Shown piece after piece: positions 7,737-20,200 of a stretch of 64,000 nucleotides of DNA. Each line of letters starts with the position of its first letter. Position 1 is the stretch's first letter. The notes beneath the pieces were generated by a model. That model was not told where the DNA came from. It saw only the letters and a list, made by a program, of their open reading frames with translations, and did no database searches. The DNA comes from a virus, in the IMG/VR virus record IMGVR_UViG_3300017818_000007, positions 64,001 to 128,000 of that record. One strand, given 5' to 3'. The translations under genes and the position numbers were made by a program.

Positions 7737-10700
7737 TTAACTTAATAAAAACCTTTGTAATGCTACTGCATCACCGTCAATGCCGCCTGTAAAGTTCATT
7801 TTGGCTTTGACTTTAATCTCAACTCCAGTAGTGGTATCAATTTGATCTTCTTTAATTTCAATAACACCTGCTGTCAAGATATTTACGTTCAATTCGGAAT
7901 TACCGCCACCAATTTGAGCATTAATAAATGTTCTAATTGCTTTTTGTGTTGGAACAATACTGTCCGAATCTGCCGCAAATGTGCCGTCAGTACTAAATTC
8001 AGTAATAACAGCGCCTGTTCCACCAAGTTCAACTGAACCTAATGAAAGTTCGTTTAGACCTGCAACGTTAAATGCATCAGCATCTAGTGTTGCAACACCT
8101 GTTGACTGTTCTACCGAGAACAAGTCACCTACTCTAAAGTTTCCGTCTTGGTCAGTAGATGTAAAGAACACTCTACCGCCGCCACCGACAACTGTTTCAT
8201 TAGCAGGAACTGGATTCTGTAATGGAATGCCAGGATAATTAGTTTGTGTATAGTTTCCTGTACCAATGTCTAGGAAGTCATGACCAGTTAGACGTACTTG
8301 AGAATATCTAATACGCATTTCTACTGGATCAGCGTGTGGTGGTGCAGTGTTTACAGGAATATCCGGAGACACTTGCAATTTACACGCATATAGTCCTTGT
8401 GCATTTGGTCCGGTTAATTCTCTAACAACAACCAGTTTGTAATATTCGCCTGGTAAGTTGTCAAATGTCACGTTTGAACCTGCTTTTGGTGGTTCTGTTA
8501 AATTTTCAACAAATATGTTTGAACCGTTTTGGTACTTGTCAATAGTACCGCTACCTGAAACAGTAGCACTTGCAGTTTCGTACCCTTCACCTCTGTTTAG
8601 AATTGTTGGATTAGCAAGTGCGCCGTCTCCAACTCTAACTTGTACTGGTGCTTCAATTGTGTTGCTTGGATCAGTAATTGTAATGTTTGGTGTTGAAGAA
8701 TAGCCTGAACCTGGTTCCCAAATTCTCATTCCTGGAATTTTACCAGTTGCTACTCTTGCTCTAACAAATGCTTGAGCACCTGCTCTTACTAATGCACCGT
8801 TTCCTGAACCACTTTGTAGTGCAAACCATGTAGGTCTACGTCCAGGATTACCAAATGCTAGTGCAGAATATACACCATCTGTTTTACCGTTTGTTTTACC
8901 TTTCCAACTAATACCGTCTTTTGTTAATGATGTTTGTGAAGTATCAATAATTGTTTCAACATCAAATGTTAAGTCAACGGCTCCGCCGCCACCTAACTGT
9001 GCATCAAGAATAGTAATTGTTTCATCAACAACAAATCCTTGTCCTAGTCTGTCAACTGTAATAGTTGCCGCACCTGTTCCATCTACATCAACTGTAAATT
9101 CTGCGTTAGCACCACTACCGTCTGATGTCCAATCACTTGTAGTAATTGTGTAAGAACCTTCTGTTCTAGAAGCGTCTGCGCCACCTACGTTATAAGTTGA
9201 TTTGATTTGACCGTTTGTTGCCGCAAACCAAAGGAATACACCTTGTCCGTATTCTAAGTATCCGTCGCCACCACCAATTGATGAATCAGCAGTAGTATCA
9301 ATTTCTGTTTCAACCCAGTTAGAACCATCAAGACTATAATAACCTTGTGTTCCTTTATCGCCAATCATTAAGTAGCGACCATTACCATATGCAATATCTT
9401 TTACGTTTGTGTTTGTGTCAGTAAATGCTGGAAATGCTTTTGAGTTCCAATCAATACCATTGCTCGATTGCAAGTATGTAGCACCATCACCAATTACAAT
9501 AAATTCGTCTCTACCGTAAATAATTTTCTTCCAGTTGCCTGTTGATGGTAATGTTGCTGAAGTCCATGTCACACCGTCTGCGGAGTATGCCGCTTGTGTT
9601 CCACCTGATGCAACTGCTACATATACTGCTTTTGCATAGATACTTGCTGACCATGTTGCTGTTGCTGGTAGTGTTGCACTAGACCAACTAGCACCATCAT
9701 CTGTTGAATATGCCGCATCAGTTGAATCTTCTTTAAGAACAACCCAAGTCATTGTACTATCTTCACCAGCACCATAACTTAATCCTACCCATTTTCCAGT
9801 AGCAGGTAGTGTTCCCCCTGCTGACCAACTAGCACCATCTTGTGAATAAACTGTTTGATTGGTGTTATAACCTGCGATAATAAATCTATCATTACCGTAT
9901 GCCATATTATTACGTTTACTTTGTAGACTTACACCATAACTTTGTTGAGCACTTGAGAATGGAGGTTCGCTAATTTCAACTCTTGGTTCAATAACATATT
10001 TTGTTGTTCCGTCTAGTAGTTCTGAAATAGCAGTTCCTGGAATAAAATGATCCCATCCAGGTTGTCCGTCTGATTCTCTAAACACTGTTGCATCTTTATT
10101 ACCAGCATTAAACTGTCCAATAAATCCATACTGTCCAACACCTAAACCACTTGTAAGAATAATTCTCATTCCATCATAGTCACCTGTGTTAGCAGTGTCT
10201 GTATTTGAAATTCTAATTTTAGTAGTATCACCTGTTTGTGCAGTATTATTTGCATAACCATAATCAGCACCACCAAAGTCGCCTTCACCATCTGCGTCAA
10301 CGTCTGTGTTTAACATTCTAATATCAAATACTGCTTGGTCTCTATATTCATCACCTAAGATATTAGCATTAACACCGTCGCCAGTGACTGTGTAAGTTGA
10401 TGTTTCATAGTTAATACCAGCATTATCATAGAAGAAAGTTAAAATTTCATTTTGGTCTGTTAGTACATCACCGATTAATGCTTCAGAATATCTATTATTA
10501 ACTGTACCACTAATTACTGTTTCTGTTGCGTCTACCCCTTCTGCTACACAACCATATGTACCATAAGATGAGTTTCCGTTTGTAGCACGGATTTTACCGC
10601 CGTTTTCTGCTAGGTATCCAATGTGTCCGTAGTATGAGAACACGGAAACTAATTCTACCCTTGCTAGGTTAGTGACCCAACAACCAATACCATCACTTAA

Positions 10701-13700
10701 AATTTGTGTAAAGTCGTTAGCAACAATTGAGTCATTGCCGCTATCGTGTAGTTCGCCGTCAACTTTTAATCCAACACACGCTGTACCAAAGTTTGAAACG
10801 TTTTGTACATAAGGTGACTTAGAAATAATCCATGTTCTATCGTCTGCTGTACCCCAGCCTGGATCAAGCGATACAAACGCACCCGCTGTTGGTCGTTTTG
10901 TACCATATGAGTTAGCAGTACCTAGTACACCTGTTAATCCGTTTAATGAACAGTTGCGTAAACCACAACCGTTTCTTAAGTAGAACATATCTTCTGTGAC
11001 TGAACCTTCAACTGCGTTTGCATAGAATCTTGCCGCATAATGTGAAGCATATGTGCCACCGTATGTTAAATCATGTATTACAGCGTCGATATAATCTTTA
11101 ACATCGTCTTTACAACTTGCAACACTGTAAGTATATGAAGGATATGTTGCTGTAATATAAGCAGTTGCTTCTTCTGCTAGGAAATCTTTGTTTAACGTTA
11201 ACTGTCTAACTGCATTATGTACGTTTTGATCTGTACTTCTTACATTACCGTTATAATAAACAGTACCATTAGAAGTGTATTCTTCAAACGTCGAACTATC
11301 TAATGCAATAGTCATTTTATAATCTTCGTATAATGCAAACGTTGTAGTTGTAAGTACATCTACATAGAACATTCTGTCGTTTAGTTCTATCATTCCGTTT
11401 ACATTTTTAATGTTTACTAGTGTTCTATCTTGTAAACCGTGTGCTGATGTTGTTTCGATTACACAAGGGTCTGCCTTTGTAATTGAATTAATGCTTAGTG
11501 TTGACTGTCCTGTTGTTAATGTAGGAGCAGTAGAGTCTTGCGAATCATTACCTGCATAGTAAGTGATATAATCAAGTACGTGTTGTAGTTTTGCTACGGC
11601 CGCAGTACCTTCTGTTGCAGTACCATACGGAAGTGCTTGTACTTGTGATTGTGTGTTAGTACCTGTTTTAGTGACAGCACTACCTTGAATAATATCGCTT
11701 AGTAAACCTTGTACTCTTGTGATACCTGCTAAACTGTAATCAACATCGCTTCTTGAAACGTAGTCAGTATCTTCACTTGGTCGAATTCTAGTTGAACGCA
11801 ATTCGTCACCAACAACTGCTGTATTTGCAGGAACTCTAATAGGAAGAACTTCTTTATATTCTCCTGTTTTAACAAACACAGTTTTTTGTACTTGTTCTTC
11901 TGTTGGAATACCTGATGCACTACCTGCTGTAATAGCATCAGTAATAATTGCAACTAAACTTTCAATAACGCTCTGTGCTTCAGATTCTTCAACAAGAGCA
12001 GTATCTTTTCTTTGTGTAATTGCCGGTGTATAACTGTTTAATGTTTGGTAGTTTGATGCCGGATCAAGACTGCTAATAACAGCATCAATTACTTCAATAC
12101 CGTAGTTAATAGAAGCAACTGTTTCTGATTCTTGACCGTTAATATAACTTCCGCCTGCTTTTGTAAAGTAAGCATATGCGGCTTTTCTTGATTCTGTATT
12201 GCCACCATGTGATAAATCCCAAATAACAGCATCAATAATAATGCCCATGTCTCTATAACATTTTGCACTGTCATATGAGAAAGCACTAGTAAATGGTGCA
12301 ATGTCATTTGCAATTTGATAATCTGTCCATTCAACAATTTCTCTTTGAATAAATTGTCTATTCTCTTTTAATAGTTGTACTGCATTAGGTCTTAGTACAC
12401 CTTTTTCAATTGCTTCACAAGCAAATCTTACAGATTTAAAAGGTCTATCAAGTGTAGAACCTCTATTTGGATATGCGCCGTCAACACCATCAGGACCAAC
12501 ATAATAAACGTGGTCTGTTCTGCCCCAGTATTTCCATGCTGGTAGTCCAGTTGTGTCAACTGTTAATACTTGTCCTTCTTCACCAATTGGTAAACGTGCA
12601 GGACCTGCACCATTGTAAATTAATAGGTCACCGTCTGTTGTTAAGTTAGAACCTTCAGCACCACCTGCTAATAATTTGTAGTAGGTACCTGAAACATCTA
12701 AGTCAGGACGCTTTTGACCAATTGCTTGGTTTGATTGGTGTGCTTGAATTACTACGTATGAGTTCACACCATAGTAAACAACATCACCTAATACATAATC
12801 TGTAATGTTTGTCCAGTTGCCTTTCCAAGCAAAACCTTCGTTTAATTTTGTCCAAAAAGTTGTTTCACTTGCAGGATTTTTTGCAACACCTTGATGGTCT
12901 TGAATACACATATAAGTGTATCCACCTAGTCTTACTACATCTCCTACTAGATAATCTTGTAATGAAGAGTCGTCACCATAGTCGCCTCTAAAGTTATAAC
13001 CTTTTAGGTATAACTTCCAATCGTTTGCGTTTGCATACGGTGGCTTACCAGTGTTGTTAGTATTTGCAATATAAGAATAACCGCCGTATGTGACAATGTC
13101 TCCTGGTTGATAAACTTCACCATTGCTCCACGAATCTTCGTATTCTAATCCTGGAACAAAAATTGACCAATTGCCTTCATCTGTTGCAAAACTATTAGTT
13201 GCTGTATGAGCCGCTGTACAAATCCAAATGTTTGCGCCATATTTTACAATGTCATTAATTCTATAACGTGTACCTGTTGACCAAGTTTCTCTGTATTCAA
13301 TACCTTTATGAAAGTGTTGCCATTTTGCTTGATCTACTTCTAATCCATCTGCTAAATCTGTTGCAGACTGGTGGCCTTGAATACAAACATAAATTTGACC
13401 ACCATACTTAACAAGGTCATTTAGTTTGTACCTAGTTGAAATTGCCCAGTTGTTTTTCCATTCAAAACCTTCTGTAAAAATATTCCATCTGTCTGCAACT
13501 GAAGCAATTCTAAATGTCACATTAGGAGCGCCACCACCACCAAGTTGTGCATCAGTAATTGTTAATACATCGCCAACTGCATATCCTGTACCATTGCTTG
13601 TTAATGTAATCGCAACACCACCAATGTTATCAACTGTGGCATCTAAAACTAATCCTGATCCAGAACCGTCTGTTGGTGTAATTCCTGTATATGTTCCCTG

Positions 13701-14249
13701 ACTTCTAGAAACGTTTGCCGCTGATATCGAATCAATTGTTAATGCTTTACCATCGTTGTCGTTTTCTAAACCATCACTGTCTGAAGATGCTGTTGCACTT
13801 GATGTATGATCATCAATACAAACATAAACTGTTCCGCCATACTTGGCAATATCATTAACTTTATATCTTGTGCTAGTTGCCCAAGCGCCGGTATAATTAA
13901 AAAATTCTGCGTATGTGTCCCAGTCGCCTTGGTTAAACTCTAAACCTTTTGTTGTTGTATCGGCTGAAGTGTGGCCATTATTTGCAATATATAGATAACC
14001 ACCATATTTTACAACATCACCTGTTTTATAATAAGTGCTAGTTGCCCAGTCTTCCTTCCATGCAGAACCATCAGCAAACGTATTCCAGTTTGCACTATCT
14101 ACATAAAAGTCAGCGTCTGCGGTATGTGCTTCAGTACAAATATATACTTTACCACCGTACCTTACAACATCGTCTTTAACGTATGCTGTACTGGTTGTCC
14201 AGTCGCCTTTCCATACAAATTTAATTCTTCCTAATAGAAATTCAGCCAT
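7737..14249 (-). CDS. Giant tail fibre/adhesin, 2170 aa
   Basis: Eight N-terminal W-x5-Y-x2-(G/N)D-(I/V)V-x-YGG-x2-Y-x-C-x3-H-x-S (CBM5/12-like) repeats; beta-helix-like region (VQNVSNFGTACVGLKVDG..ANDFTQILSDGIG); BNR-type propeller repeats (YS.DG..W); C-terminal GHDFLDIGTGN..TDQDGNFRVG module. Confidence 0.8.
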   Translation of the reverse strand: MAEFLLGRIKFVWKGDWTTSTAYVKDDVVRYGGKVYICTEAHTADADFYVDSANWNTFADGSAWKEDWATSTYYKTGDVVKYGGYLYIANNGHTSADTTTKGLEFNQGDWDTYAEFFNYTGAWATSTRYKVNDIAKYGGTVYVCIDDHTSSATASSDSDGLENDNDGKALTIDSISAANVSRSQGTYTGITPTDGSGSGLVLDATVDNIGGVAITLTSNGTGYAVGDVLTITDAQLGGGGAPNVTFRIASVADRWNIFTEGFEWKNNWAISTRYKLNDLVKYGGQIYVCIQGHQSATDLADGLEVDQAKWQHFHKGIEYRETWSTGTRYRINDIVKYGANIWICTAAHTATNSFATDEGNWSIFVPGLEYEDSWSNGEVYQPGDIVTYGGYSYIANTNNTGKPPYANANDWKLYLKGYNFRGDYGDDSSLQDYLVGDVVRLGGYTYMCIQDHQGVAKNPASETTFWTKLNEGFAWKGNWTNITDYVLGDVVYYGVNSYVVIQAHQSNQAIGQKRPDLDVSGTYYKLLAGGAEGSNLTTDGDLLIYNGAGPARLPIGEEGQVLTVDTTGLPAWKYWGRTDHVYYVGPDGVDGAYPNRGSTLDRPFKSVRFACEAIEKGVLRPNAVQLLKENRQFIQREIVEWTDYQIANDIAPFTSAFSYDSAKCYRDMGIIIDAVIWDLSHGGNTESRKAAYAYFTKAGGSYINGQESETVASINYGIEVIDAVISSLDPASNYQTLNSYTPAITQRKDTALVEESEAQSVIESLVAIITDAITAGSASGIPTEEQVQKTVFVKTGEYKEVLPIRVPANTAVVGDELRSTRIRPSEDTDYVSRSDVDYSLAGITRVQGLLSDIIQGSAVTKTGTNTQSQVQALPYGTATEGTAAVAKLQHVLDYITYYAGNDSQDSTAPTLTTGQSTLSINSITKADPCVIETTSAHGLQDRTLVNIKNVNGMIELNDRMFYVDVLTTTTFALYEDYKMTIALDSSTFEEYTSNGTVYYNGNVRSTDQNVHNAVRQLTLNKDFLAEEATAYITATYPSYTYSVASCKDDVKDYIDAVIHDLTYGGTYASHYAARFYANAVEGSVTEDMFYLRNGCGLRNCSLNGLTGVLGTANSYGTKRPTAGAFVSLDPGWGTADDRTWIISKSPYVQNVSNFGTACVGLKVDGELHDSGNDSIVANDFTQILSDGIGCWVTNLARVELVSVFSYYGHIGYLAENGGKIRATNGNSSYGTYGCVAEGVDATETVISGTVNNRYSEALIGDVLTDQNEILTFFYDNAGINYETSTYTVTGDGVNANILGDEYRDQAVFDIRMLNTDVDADGEGDFGGADYGYANNTAQTGDTTKIRISNTDTANTGDYDGMRIILTSGLGVGQYGFIGQFNAGNKDATVFRESDGQPGWDHFIPGTAISELLDGTTKYVIEPRVEISEPPFSSAQQSYGVSLQSKRNNMAYGNDRFIIAGYNTNQTVYSQDGASWSAGGTLPATGKWVGLSYGAGEDSTMTWVVLKEDSTDAAYSTDDGASWSSATLPATATWSASIYAKAVYVAVASGGTQAAYSADGVTWTSATLPSTGNWKKIIYGRDEFIVIGDGATYLQSSNGIDWNSKAFPAFTDTNTNVKDIAYGNGRYLMIGDKGTQGYYSLDGSNWVETEIDTTADSSIGGGDGYLEYGQGVFLWFAATNGQIKSTYNVGGADASRTEGSYTITTSDWTSDGSGANAEFTVDVDGTGAATITVDRLGQGFVVDETITILDAQLGGGGAVDLTFDVETIIDTSQTSLTKDGISWKGKTNGKTDGVYSALAFGNPGRRPTWFALQSGSGNGALVRAGAQAFVRARVATGKIPGMRIWEPGSGYSSTPNITITDPSNTIEAPVQVRVGDGALANPTILNRGEGYETASATVSGSGTIDKYQNGSNIFVENLTEPPKAGSNVTFDNLPGEYYKLVVVRELTGPNAQGLYACKLQVSPDIPVNTAPPHADPVEMRIRYSQVRLTGHDFLDIGTGNYTQTNYPGIPLQNPVPANETVVGGGGRVFFTSTDQDGNFRVGDLFSVEQSTGVATLDADAFNVAGLNELSLGSVELGGTGAVITEFSTDGTFAADSDSIVPTQKAIRTFINAQIGGGNSELNVNILTAGVIEIKEDQIDTTTGVEIKVKAKMNFTGGIDGDAVALQRFLLS

Positions 14250-14270
14250 GTTTTGCTCCGATATCGTAGT

Positions 14271-14276
14271 TATTTA
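14271..14276 (-). promoter_or_regulatory. Late promoter core (A)TAAATA upstream of the 2170-aa fibre
   Basis: In the short intergenic gap, upstream of a GGAG RBS. Confidence 0.55.
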
Positions 14277-14281
14277 TTATA

Positions 14282-17200
14282 TTATGCTCCGTAGTTATCA
14301 TTCGTATTCCCTCCGGACTCATCTTGTCCTCCAAAATCATCTGAAATAGCAATGTCAGTACCAAATGCAAAGAACGCTCTAGCCGCCATATCACCGCCTA
14401 CACCGCCTTCAAACGATATTTTTGCTTTTGCTTGTATAACACTACCGTCGGTAGTATCTATTTCTTGACCACTATCACCTGATGTAATAACACCAGCAGT
14501 GACTTTGTTAACATTAACACTAGAACCACCACCTGTAATACGTGATTTAACGTATGCCGCTATTGCTTTTTGTGTTGGTACTACGTTATCACTGTTTGCT
14601 ACAAACAGCGGATCAATTGAGAACTCTTTAATTACTGCACCCGTACCACCAAGTGTCACACCACCTAATGATAATTCTGTTAATCCTGATAAATCAAACT
14701 GATCAGCATTAATAGTAATAATACCCGATGCCTGCTCAACTTCAAATAGTTCACCTACTCTAAAGTTTCCATCTTGGTCAGTGGACGAGTAAAACACTCT
14801 ACCACCATCACTAAAGTCTGTTTCGTTTTGTTGTTTTACAGCATCTTCGTCTGCTTCAGTAAATCCTTGTAAGTATCTTACAGGATATCTAGTTGAATTT
14901 TTATTACCAGTACCAATATCTAGGAAGTCATGGAATGTTAAACGAACCTGACTGTATTGTTCACGCATTACTAGTGCTGTGTTATGATCTGGTGACTCGT
15001 CAACTCCTAATGTTGGACTAATCTGTATTGTTGCTGACAACGTTGGTTCAGATCCTGTAATATCAGTGACTTTTGTGACCAAATATGTTTTTCCGTCAAT
15101 ACCTGTAATTGATAAGTTAGCACCCGGACCTGGTTCTCTAGTTAAATCAGTGACCTTAATTTTGTTTCCTGTTTGATATACATCAGCATATCCGTCGCCT
15201 GTGACACTTGCTGTTGCACTTCTAAATTTAGTACCTCTATTTCTAAATGAAGGTTGAGGTAATACACCATTTGCAATTCTTAATTTAACATAAGGATCAA
15301 CAGTTGCTAAAGGATCACTAACTGTCATACTCATAGCATCTGTTTCTTCAATTGTAATTGCTGTTGCGCCAGCATCTTCTGTGCTACCATAATACAGACC
15401 ACTTGGTGCATCATATTGAATTTCAATTTCAACTGTACGATTTGCATAATCTGCAAAATCTCTAAGGAACACGTCTCTGCTTACAACTGTTGTTCCAAAA
15501 CGATATACAACATTATCGGACCAAACAATAGTTTTAGCCGCATCTTGATAGATATTCAATGGATGAATGTTATCTTCAACTACACCGTCAACAACTGCAC
15601 CACCATAGTTTTTAAGTGATTCATCACTTAAATCAAAAGTATATCTTCTACCTTCAGTAAATGTTAATGTTGGGTTTTCGCTTCCGTCGATAAAATAAAC
15701 ATCTGCTGTATCTGCCGCATTTCTACCAAATGTGACAGCAAACGTATTATTAACATTCAATAAATCGCTTTCGTAGTTTGAACCTGGATCATAAATCCAA
15801 AACTCGCCTGCTCTTGTATTTTTAACAAACATTCTAGCAAATGGTTTTCTACCTGCTTGAATTACAACAGCATTTTGTTCGCCTGAACCTTGTAGAGGAC
15901 TACCACTTCCCATTAATACAAATTTACATGAGTTTCCAGGAGTACCAATTCCACAAGTGGTCCAATTAGCAGTAGTTGGAAGAGTTTTTGCTTCCCAAAA
16001 AATTCCATTTTCTGAAATTGCAAATTCGTCCGTATTAGGTTTAAATGCTACATATACACCTTGGCCGTATCCTAAGAACCAGTTGCCTGTTGATGGTAAA
16101 ACATTTTCTTGTCTATACCACGCACCATGGCCGCCTGTTGGATTAATCCATACATCGTCGCTATTTGTTTCTGTTGCAAGGAAAATGTTATTACCATAAA
16201 CCATGCTTTCAACATTTGACATATCTCCCATGCTAACAAAGTTTTCAGCCCATTCAGTATTACCAGGTGTTTTTGTATAAATTCTCATTTTAGAAGAATC
16301 CCAGTCACCCGCTACTGCAACAAACTTGCCGGATCCGTATGCCATTCCTCTAACGCCGCCGTCAAAACTTTCTGCTGACGGTAATTGTCCTGCTGTCCAT
16401 GTATTGCCATAATCTAAACTTTGGAAATATTCAGGCGAGCCGTTTGATGTCACTAACCATTCTGAACGCCCATCAACTCTTACAAGTGCATACGAACTAT
16501 CTGGTTGTACACCTGATCCTGTACTATTATAGTTTACATAATACATAGGAACACCAACTAACGAGTTGGGTACTGTCCATACTACTTTTCTTGTTTGCGC
16601 CGCATTAAATCCTGATACATAAGCCGCTAAATCTGCAACTTGTTTATTATTAAGATAATATTTTACGCCTTCTGTATATTCGTCGCCGCCGCCATTAATA
16701 CCTTCCGGAGTTGAACTAAAATAAATTGGGCAGTTGTTATTTGAGCCATCGTTTTGATTAAACGTATAAGTATTTCCTTCAACAACAGAAATATCTGGAG
16801 CAGTATTTACTGCGCCATCAAAGTGATAAAGTGGATTGTCTCCAGGTACAGAAACTGTGACTTTAAATGTCTGCTCAATTGTTGGGTTATCACCAAATGC
16901 AATATATCTTGTTTGAACTCCTGTACTATCGTTAGTGACCTCGTACATTGTCCAGTTTTCGCCGTCGCTTGATACCGCAACAATACCTTCTTTAGCAACA
17001 GCAACAAACTTACCGCCACCGTAATCTAAATCTTGCCAAGACCAACGACCGGTTGATTGTGGAAGATTACTTCCATCCATATTTCCGGCAGTCCAACTAG
17101 TACCGTTTGTAGAATAAACAAACTGATCTGTTCCTGAATTACCAAATTCACTTTGTGCAATAGCAACGTATCTATTATTACCAAACACAACTTTTTTATA

Positions 17201-20200
17201 GTCTAATGGAGTGTTAACATTGATGCTTTCAGTTGCAAACGGAGGTTTACTAAATTCAACTCTTGGCTCAATTTGATAAAATGCAGTATCGTCAAGACTT
17301 GTTTGAATTGGAGTCCCTGGAATCCAATGATCCCAACCTGGTAAGTCGTCACTTTCTCTTAGAATATATGCAACTTTACTTGACGGATCGTATGATTGGA
17401 TATAACCGTATTGTCCTTTACCTTTACCCTGCGTAATAAAAATACGCTTTCCATCATAAACACCACTACTATCTTCAACAGTATCAGTTGCACTTAATAA
17501 AAGTGTAGAACCTGTTCCACCTTGTGACTGACCTGTAGTAATACTAAATCCTGAACCACCAGGTGTAGATGAATCACCCGGATCAAGCATTCTAACTTGT
17601 GATAGTGATTTGTTTCTAAATTCTTTAAATTCTGCTTCTAAGTTAGAACCAGTACCTGAAAATGCATCAATATCTGCACTTGTATAATTTTGTCCAGCGT
17701 GTGCATAACCAAACAAATAAATTTCGTTGTCTAAATCTGTTAATACGTTTGATACTGTTGCGTCATTATCTCTGTTGTTTACATTTGCTGTAATTGGTGT
17801 TTCTAATAAGTCATACCCTTCAGCAACAGAACCGTAATCACCGTATGAGTTGTTTCCGTTTGTAGCACGAATCTTTCCGCCTGCTTCAGACAAGTATCCA
17901 ATATGACAATAATATGTAAACACTGATACAAGTTCTGATAATGCACCGTTAGTGACCCAAATACCAATACCGCCACTTATTACTTGTGTAAAGTCGTTAG
18001 CAACAATAGATTTATTACCACCTAAATGCAACCCACCGTCAATTTTCATTCCTACACAATTAGTACCAAATGTTGTGACATTTTGCACATAAGTAGATTT
18101 AGATGTGACCCACACATTACTATCACTTGGACCTGTTCCTGGATCTAAACTAACAAACGCAGGATGTCCTCCTACTGGACGTTTAGTGCCAAACTCGTTA
18201 ACAGCACTCATAGTTCCTACAAGGCCTTGTAGAGTACAATTTCTAATACCACAACCATTCTTTACGTGGAACATATCTGTTCCTTCGTATCCTGCGGCCG
18301 GAACAATTCTAGTTGATCTTAATTCATCTCCAACTACTGCAACATTAGCAGGAATTTTTAAAGGTAATATTTCTTTAAATTCACCAGTTGAAACAAATAC
18401 TGTTGCTGGTGTTCTGTTTACTGTATCACCTGCAATGTGATCTAGTGCATACTTAACAGTTCTAAACGGATTTTGTTTTGTGGCGCCGCGTGTTGCTTCG
18501 TCAACACCGTCAAGTGCTACATAAAAATTATTTTTAGAATCTCCTAAAAGATCCCATTGTGGACCTTGTCCTAAACTTGAGTCTGCATTTGTTTGTGGTA
18601 AACCTTTAAGTACAGTTCCTAGGTCACCAATTTCTAAACGCTCATTTGATCCTGCACTGTAAGTTTTAATATCGCCAGGTCTTGCAAGTACGTTTGTTCT
18701 AATACCTTGTACGTATACTTTCCAGTATACTGGAATAGTTTTTCTTGTATCTTGATCCGGTCTACTATTAGCACTATTAGCATCATGTCTTCTAATACAC
18801 TGATAAGCAGTTCCTGCCCAAAGTACAATGTCGCCTAATTCGTATGCATTAAGTGTAGAGTCTGCATCAAAATCATTCCAAGGTCCTTTAAAAGAAACAC
18901 CAGGCATTAATAAATCCCAATTAGATGTTCCACTAACTGAAATTACTTGAACACCACTTGATCCTGTGTTATTATAATCTGCAAAATAAATTGCATCTGG
19001 ACAATCAGGTTCAAGTTTAACAATAACTTGTCTAACTGTTGCTGTATTAAATCCTGAATTATAATCTTCTAAACTTGCTACAATTTCGTCATCTAAAATA
19101 TAAGTTGTTTGCACTCCAGTAAATAATTCATTACCACCATCTGCTACATTTAAGAATCCGTCTGTTGTATCTGCTGGATAAATTGGATGAGAATCGTTTG
19201 AACTATGCGATTGATCTAAAATTAATGTAGTGCCACGTGTATAAGTTTTATTTGGTGTTGTGACTCCGTCCCAATTAAAGGCTGTTCCAAATGTAATACT
19301 AACATCTGTTTTAATACCGCTGTCTGGTTTACTACCAACGTTGTCGATAACTGCCCAGTACAAATAACCGTGATTTCTTACAACATCACCTACTTTATAA
19401 GGTTGTACCGCAGACCAATCATTTTTAAAATTATACCATTCACTTAAAAGTTCCCAATCATTTACTTCTACTGAAGGAACTTTATTAGTATGGAACGTTT
19501 TACAATAGTATGTATATCCACCATATTCAACAATATCACCGGGTTGGTAATTTGTATCTGCGTTCCATTGTTCTTCATATGCCATTCCTGCAACATATAA
19601 ATTCCAATAAGATTCTGTGTCTCTAAATAACGGATCATCAGTTTCCTCGTCAGTGCCTGTGACAGTATGTGTAGCATTACAAACATAAATTGCTTGACTA
19701 TGCCTAACCATATCACCAACTTTCCATTTAATTGTGTTTGGTGTTCCGCCTTGAACGTGTGCTGTTGGTGCTGTCCAGAGACCTTTGTATTCAATACCAG
19801 GAACAACTAAATCCCACCAACCTTCTACGTCTACTTCGTTTTCAAAATTACTTGTTGAAGTGTGTTGAGCATTTGCTCTATAAACATATCCTCCATAACG
19901 AACAATGTCTTGTGGTTTATAATTTGTTGCAGGTGCCCATTCGTTTAACCAATCATCACCTGTGACTATTCTTTCCCAATATCCTTGATCGCCTGCTAGT
20001 CCTTCGGCATTTGTTCCTGAAGTGTGTGCAGTTGTACATCTCCAAGTTGAACCGCCGGCTCTAACAACATCACCGACTTGATATGGTGTAAATCCAACCC
20101 AATCTCCAGACCAATGAGATCCAAATACGTGAGTTGTCCAAAATCTAATGTTATTTGCGTGACCAAAATCAGCATCTGTTAGTGCCTGGTGTCCTTGTGT